Shown piece after piece: positions 59,400 through 64,000 of a stretch of 64,000 nt of DNA. Within the stretch, counting starts at the first letter, position 1, and each line of letters opens with the position of its first letter. The DNA is taken from NCBI GenBank assembly GCA_047967505.1, contig CM106538.1, one strand, 5' to 3'. The notes under the pieces were generated by a model. That model searched no databases and was not told the DNA's origin. It was given only the letters and a program-made list of their open reading frames with translations. This DNA is from Dipteris shenzhenensis. Taxonomy: Eukaryota. The position numbers and the translations under genes were made by a program.

Positions 59400-62394
59400 A
59401 GAAATGAAACCATTAGAAGGACAGAAGAATGCCATCTACACACTAGGCAATACATCAAATCTAGTTCAAGCGATAGGTGTTATCCCTATGAACAATTTCA
59501 TTGGTACGAAAGGATTGGTGAAAGATGTGCTCTATGTTCCGAAGCTCAGCAAAGAACCTCTTGTCAGTAGGTCAAATGATGGAACACAACTATAGAGTCA
59601 TCTTCGATGGTGATAAATGCACTATCAGAGATAAATCCAAAAGATGCCAACTAGTAGCAAAAGGTGTCAAGGAAGGACGCTTATATAGAATGCTAGCTAT
59701 AGTACCAGATAAGCATGCCATGTTAGTTCAATTGCAACAGATGCCACTATCTACAAAATGGCACAAGAGATATGGTCATGTCAACTTCAAGTACTTGTTA
59801 GATCTCAGGAATCAGAATATGGCAATTGGGATTCCGAAGCTACAGTTTCTTGGAAAAGTTTGTGAAGCATGCTGCTTCAGCAAACAAAAGCGAACCAACT
59901 TTGGCAGAAGTACCTCTCGTGCACTAGGTATTCTTGATTTGATTCATATAGATGTATGGGGTTATGCCTAGACCCGCAGCATCAATGGTTCACTTTACTA
60001 CTTGACTTTCATTGATGACTACAACAGATATTGTTGGGTCTACTTTTTGAAAGAGAAATCTGAAGTGTTTTCCAGATTTCAAGAATTCAAAGCCATGGTA
60101 GAAAACCAGATAGGCAAAAAGATCAAGGTCATGAGATCAAATAGAGGAGCTGAATACATGTCTTCAGCATTCATGAACTTTTGCAAAAATCACAGCATTC
60201 GAAGACAATTCACATGTGCGAATACTCCTCAGTAGAATGCAAGAGCCGAAAGGAAGAATGGGACTTTAGTGGGACAGTGCTAGAGTAATGCTTAGTGAGA
60301 AGCATCTTCCGAATCAGTATTGGGCAGAAGCAATAGCTGCTGCAAACTATTTGCTTGATCGGCTTCCTACTGAACTGATACAGGGTATGACTCCTTATGA
60401 AGCATTCACTGGACATAATCCACACATTGGGCATCTCCGCATATTTGGTTGCATAGCGTATGCCCACATACATGAATGATCATTGTAGAAAATTGGATGT
60501 GAAGTCATGCAAATGCATCATGGTTGGCTACAATGAAGAAAACAAAGCATACAAATTGTATGATCCCATCAACCACAAGGTCATTATCTCTAGAGATCTA
60601 ATCTTTGATGAGGAATCTGAATGGAAAACCTCACCTACATAGGAGATAGAAGCATCGACTTCACAGTCATCTACAAAACAGGTTGATGAAGAAGAGCAAG
60701 AATTTCCAGCAACACCCCAAGTAGAGCGATAGCGGCTCAGATGGTCTACTAGGGAAAGCAGACCTCTAACAAGATTAACATATGCTTAGAAAGGCAAAGC
60801 AATTCAGGTGGAAACCACCAACTATGCTCTTATGACTACCATCATGGCTATAGAAGAGCCAGTGTACTTCGAAGATGCAGTAGACAAACCAGAATGGCAA
60901 ATTGCTATGAATGAAGAAATGGATGATTTGTATAAGAATAATACTTGGAAATTATGTGACCTTTCACCAGGAAAGAAGGCCATAGCAAACAAATGGGTAT
61001 ACAAAGTGAAGTACAATCCAGATGGTAGCATTCAAAGATACAAAGCCAGACTAGTTGTGCAAAAGGATTTGCACAACAATATGGTCAGGACTATGATGAG
61101 ACTTATGCTCCAGTAGTAAAGATGAATTTCATATGGTTCTTGATATCACTAGCGACACTCACCAGATGGAATGTGTATCAGCTCGACAAGAATGCATTTC
61201 TCAATGGTTATCTAGATGAGGAAGTCTACATACAACAACCAGTAGGTTATGGTGAGCCAGGAAATGAGAATAAGGTTTGCCATCTCAAGAAAAGTCTCTA
61301 CGGCTTAAAGCAAGCACCCAGAAGTTGGTACAACAGAATTAACAAGTATTTTGCTAATCTGGGATACATGAAATCCAATGCAAATCATACTTTCTACTAC
61401 AAAGTTCAAGGGAAAGACATTACTATTGCACTATTATACGTAGATGATCTGATTGTGACATGAAGCAAGGTAGCTTCATCAAAAAACTAAAACAAGATTT
61501 ATCTGTAGAGTTTGACATGAAAGATCCTAGACTTATGTACTATTGTCTTGGAATTGAGTTCTGGAGAGATTCAGATAGCACATTCATGAGTCAACTCAAG
61601 TATCTTGACAGTCTCCTGAAGAAGTTTCATATGGTAGACTGCAAGATTGCAGCCACTCCCATGGAATAGAGTTTGAAACTTACTAAAGATTTAGAAAAGC
61701 CTACAGTGAATGACAGGTACTACATGCAGATCATCGGATCTCTTATATATCTGACTATCACTCAGCCAGATATTTGTTATGCAATAAGCTCACTAGCATA
61801 GTTTATGGTAAATCCAAAATAGTCTCACTAGAATGCAGCCAAAAAAGTCTTGAGATACATCAGAGGTACAAGATAGTTTGTGATAGAATACAGAGGAAGT
61901 CATCCACGATTGCATGGGATACTATGACAGTGACTATGTTGGAGATCATGAGACTAGGAGATCGACATAGGGATATGCATTTTTTCTTGATCAAGGTGCT
62001 ATATCATGGTTGTCAAACAAATAGCCAATTGTTTCTTTGTCTTTGACTGAAGCAGAATATAGAGCACTCACTACAAGTGCATGTGAGGCTATATGGCTCA
62101 GAAGACTATTGTAAAAAATAGATTACTTTGATGAGTCAAAGCCAACAACAATATACTGTGATAATCAATCAGCTCAAGCATTGGCCAAGAATCCAGTATA
62201 TCACTTCAGGACAAAGCACATTGACATCAGAGAGCACTTCATTAGAGAAAGAGTGTTATTTGGTGACATCACACTGTAGCATTGTGATAGCAAAGAGAAT
62301 GTTGCAGACATCTTTAGCAAACCACTCAGTAAAGAGCTATTCGAGAAACATCGACTAGGTTTGTCTCACAGGAAGGACATTCCCATTAAAGGGG
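59400..62394 (+). mobile_element. Decayed Ty1/copia pol (INT-RT-RNase H) ending at a PPT
   Basis: [42 protein letters not shown] and RTKHID motifs; AAAGGGG-TG at 62388-62396. Confidence 0.88.
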
Positions 62395-62879
62395 TGTGAC
62401 GGAATGTAATGTTCAGTCCTTCTTCGATTCCCCAGAATCATCATCTTGAGGGAAGGCCTACTTCATGATGTTGATCTTGAGGAAGGTGTTGAGAGTTCAT
62501 GCTCAACATCATGTGATCACGTGAGCACCATCATCTGATCATATGTGCATAGCACTATAATACAAGCTCAGGGAGTTTTTGAGCCCCAAATATCCCAGGA
62601 ACAAAGATTGCAAGCAAGGGCACAAGTTGTAGGTTCCAGCTCATAGGTTGTAGGTTCCAACTGCAAGCTGCAGTTAAGTGTCTCGTAGGAGTTAAGCCTC
62701 ACTACTCCAAGTTTTGAGCCTCATATAGGGGGTTTGAACCCCAAATAGTTCAACCTAAATTCCTAGATGTTAGCACATGCTAGGACTACTCTAATCACCA
62801 CATCCCACCTCCAAAACATAGATCAATAACATGAGCATTTGATCTCCTTCATACCAATTTAATCTCTCCACGAAATCCC

Positions 62880-63500
62880 TCAATTTGAAAGAGTTTCTTA
62901 TTAAATCTATAAGCACATTAGAGGACCTTCCCACCTAACCCGGTAAGGAAAAATACTATACAATTGACAAATGATCCAAAAGATGTGGTAGAAATAGCCA
63001 AGGCCCACCCATTGGGCACACATCAACCAAGCCTCATCTAAAACATAGAATTGATCCAGCCTACTTGCTCTAAACCCCTCTCCCTTATTTCTATTAAAGG
63101 AAACCCCCAAGCCTTTCGAATCGAATTCTACACAATCAATGAGACTGTTCTCCAAACAAAATTCCTCCCAATCATTCGATCCCTCATCCAAAATCCCCCT
63201 ATTGGATTGCAATCTATTCTCATAATGCTCAACAATATTTCTACCCCCTCCCAACACCCATCGACTACCTGACACTATCATTAAGATCCTTCCAAACACT
63301 CCCCATGTTCCTCCAACCCATTTGGAGCATAAACATTCACTAAATTGAACTTAGAAATTAAGGTTGCAATGAATAGACCATCATCCTCCTGAAACAACTT
63401 AGTAACAATTCATAAATGCTTCACCAAATTAGCAACCCCCTCTTTTACCAATAAATTGACAAAAGAATTGTAACCAGTCTAGCCAAATGCCATTTACAAA
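62880..63500 (-). mobile_element. L1 endonuclease fragment
   Basis: VNVYAPNG, WVLGG and SRLDQFYV motifs. Confidence 0.65.
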
Positions 63501-63539
63501 CCATCATCAGAGCCACACTGAAGCTCTTACAATAGTACA

Positions 63540-64000
63540 ATGTCAATATTAGAATTGCAGATGTCATTATTTATTGGGTTATTAATTTATTTTTTTAATC
63601 TGGATCATCAGGATTTATTATATCTTATCAATAAAACTATCATTCAAGGTAGATTGGTAAGGCGGATAATTTTGTTGCAAGAGCTCAGTTTCAAAATTAG
63701 CCACAAGATTGGTAAATTGCATGCTATAGCTAATTATTGATCCTATCTTCCATAATAAAAATCCAAACTACTAAGCTTCTTGATGCCAATTTATTTGCTA
63801 TTGGTTTTAATGAAGTTGAGTATGCCGACTTACTGCAATATTTGTCTTTTCTGAACACATGCCTAGAATAAGTGCATGTAGATAGCTATTAAGGCTTGGA
63901 TATACACCTTGATTGTTGGTCAATTGTATCACCAATGTGCTGATGGTATATTACGCAAATGGGTATTACCCCTTGAGCAAGTTATAATTCTCATTGAGGC
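63540..64000 (+). mobile_element. Ty3/gypsy RNase H-region fragment
   Basis: DHQDLLYL...GRLVRRIILLQELSFKISHKIGKLHAIANY resembles gypsy GRLARW..LQEF.F.I.H..GK. Confidence 0.65.

Overview
Eukaryotic, repeat-rich plant nuclear DNA; the very long TE-filled introns suggest a large-genome land plant such as a fern, lycophyte or gymnosperm (inference only). The only host gene I can support is the 5' two-thirds of an XPD/ERCC2 (UVH6/RAD3) TFIIH helicase on the minus strand. It has four coding exons (46314-47122, 35846-35928, 25222-25625, 6824-7017) separated by introns of about 10.4, 10.2, 18.2 and more than 6.8 kb, and it continues beyond position 1. Introns and upstream DNA are a nest of mobile elements: one young intact Ty1/copia (11009-16851) inserted in an older L1, several decayed copia/gypsy/Athila-like pieces and solo LTRs, an 8-bp-TSD MITE, a decayed Helitron RepHel, and a family of non-L1 LINEs. 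The most interesting signal is that LINE system. A ~38-nt 3'-terminal double-stem hairpin with compensatory base changes occurs 8 times, always next to a (TC)n/(TTC)n/(TTTC)n tract. It is shared by RT-coding LINE remnants and by ORF1-only 'half-LINE' elements. In the longest LINE, ORF1 and ORF2 are in one frame, separated by a single TGA, with no AUG before the endonuclease. The young copia has TG...TA LTR ends and seven DRE/CRT (RCCGAC) cores just upstream of its TATA box. Boundaries of decayed elements are approximate, and all homology calls come from recognised motifs, not database searches.
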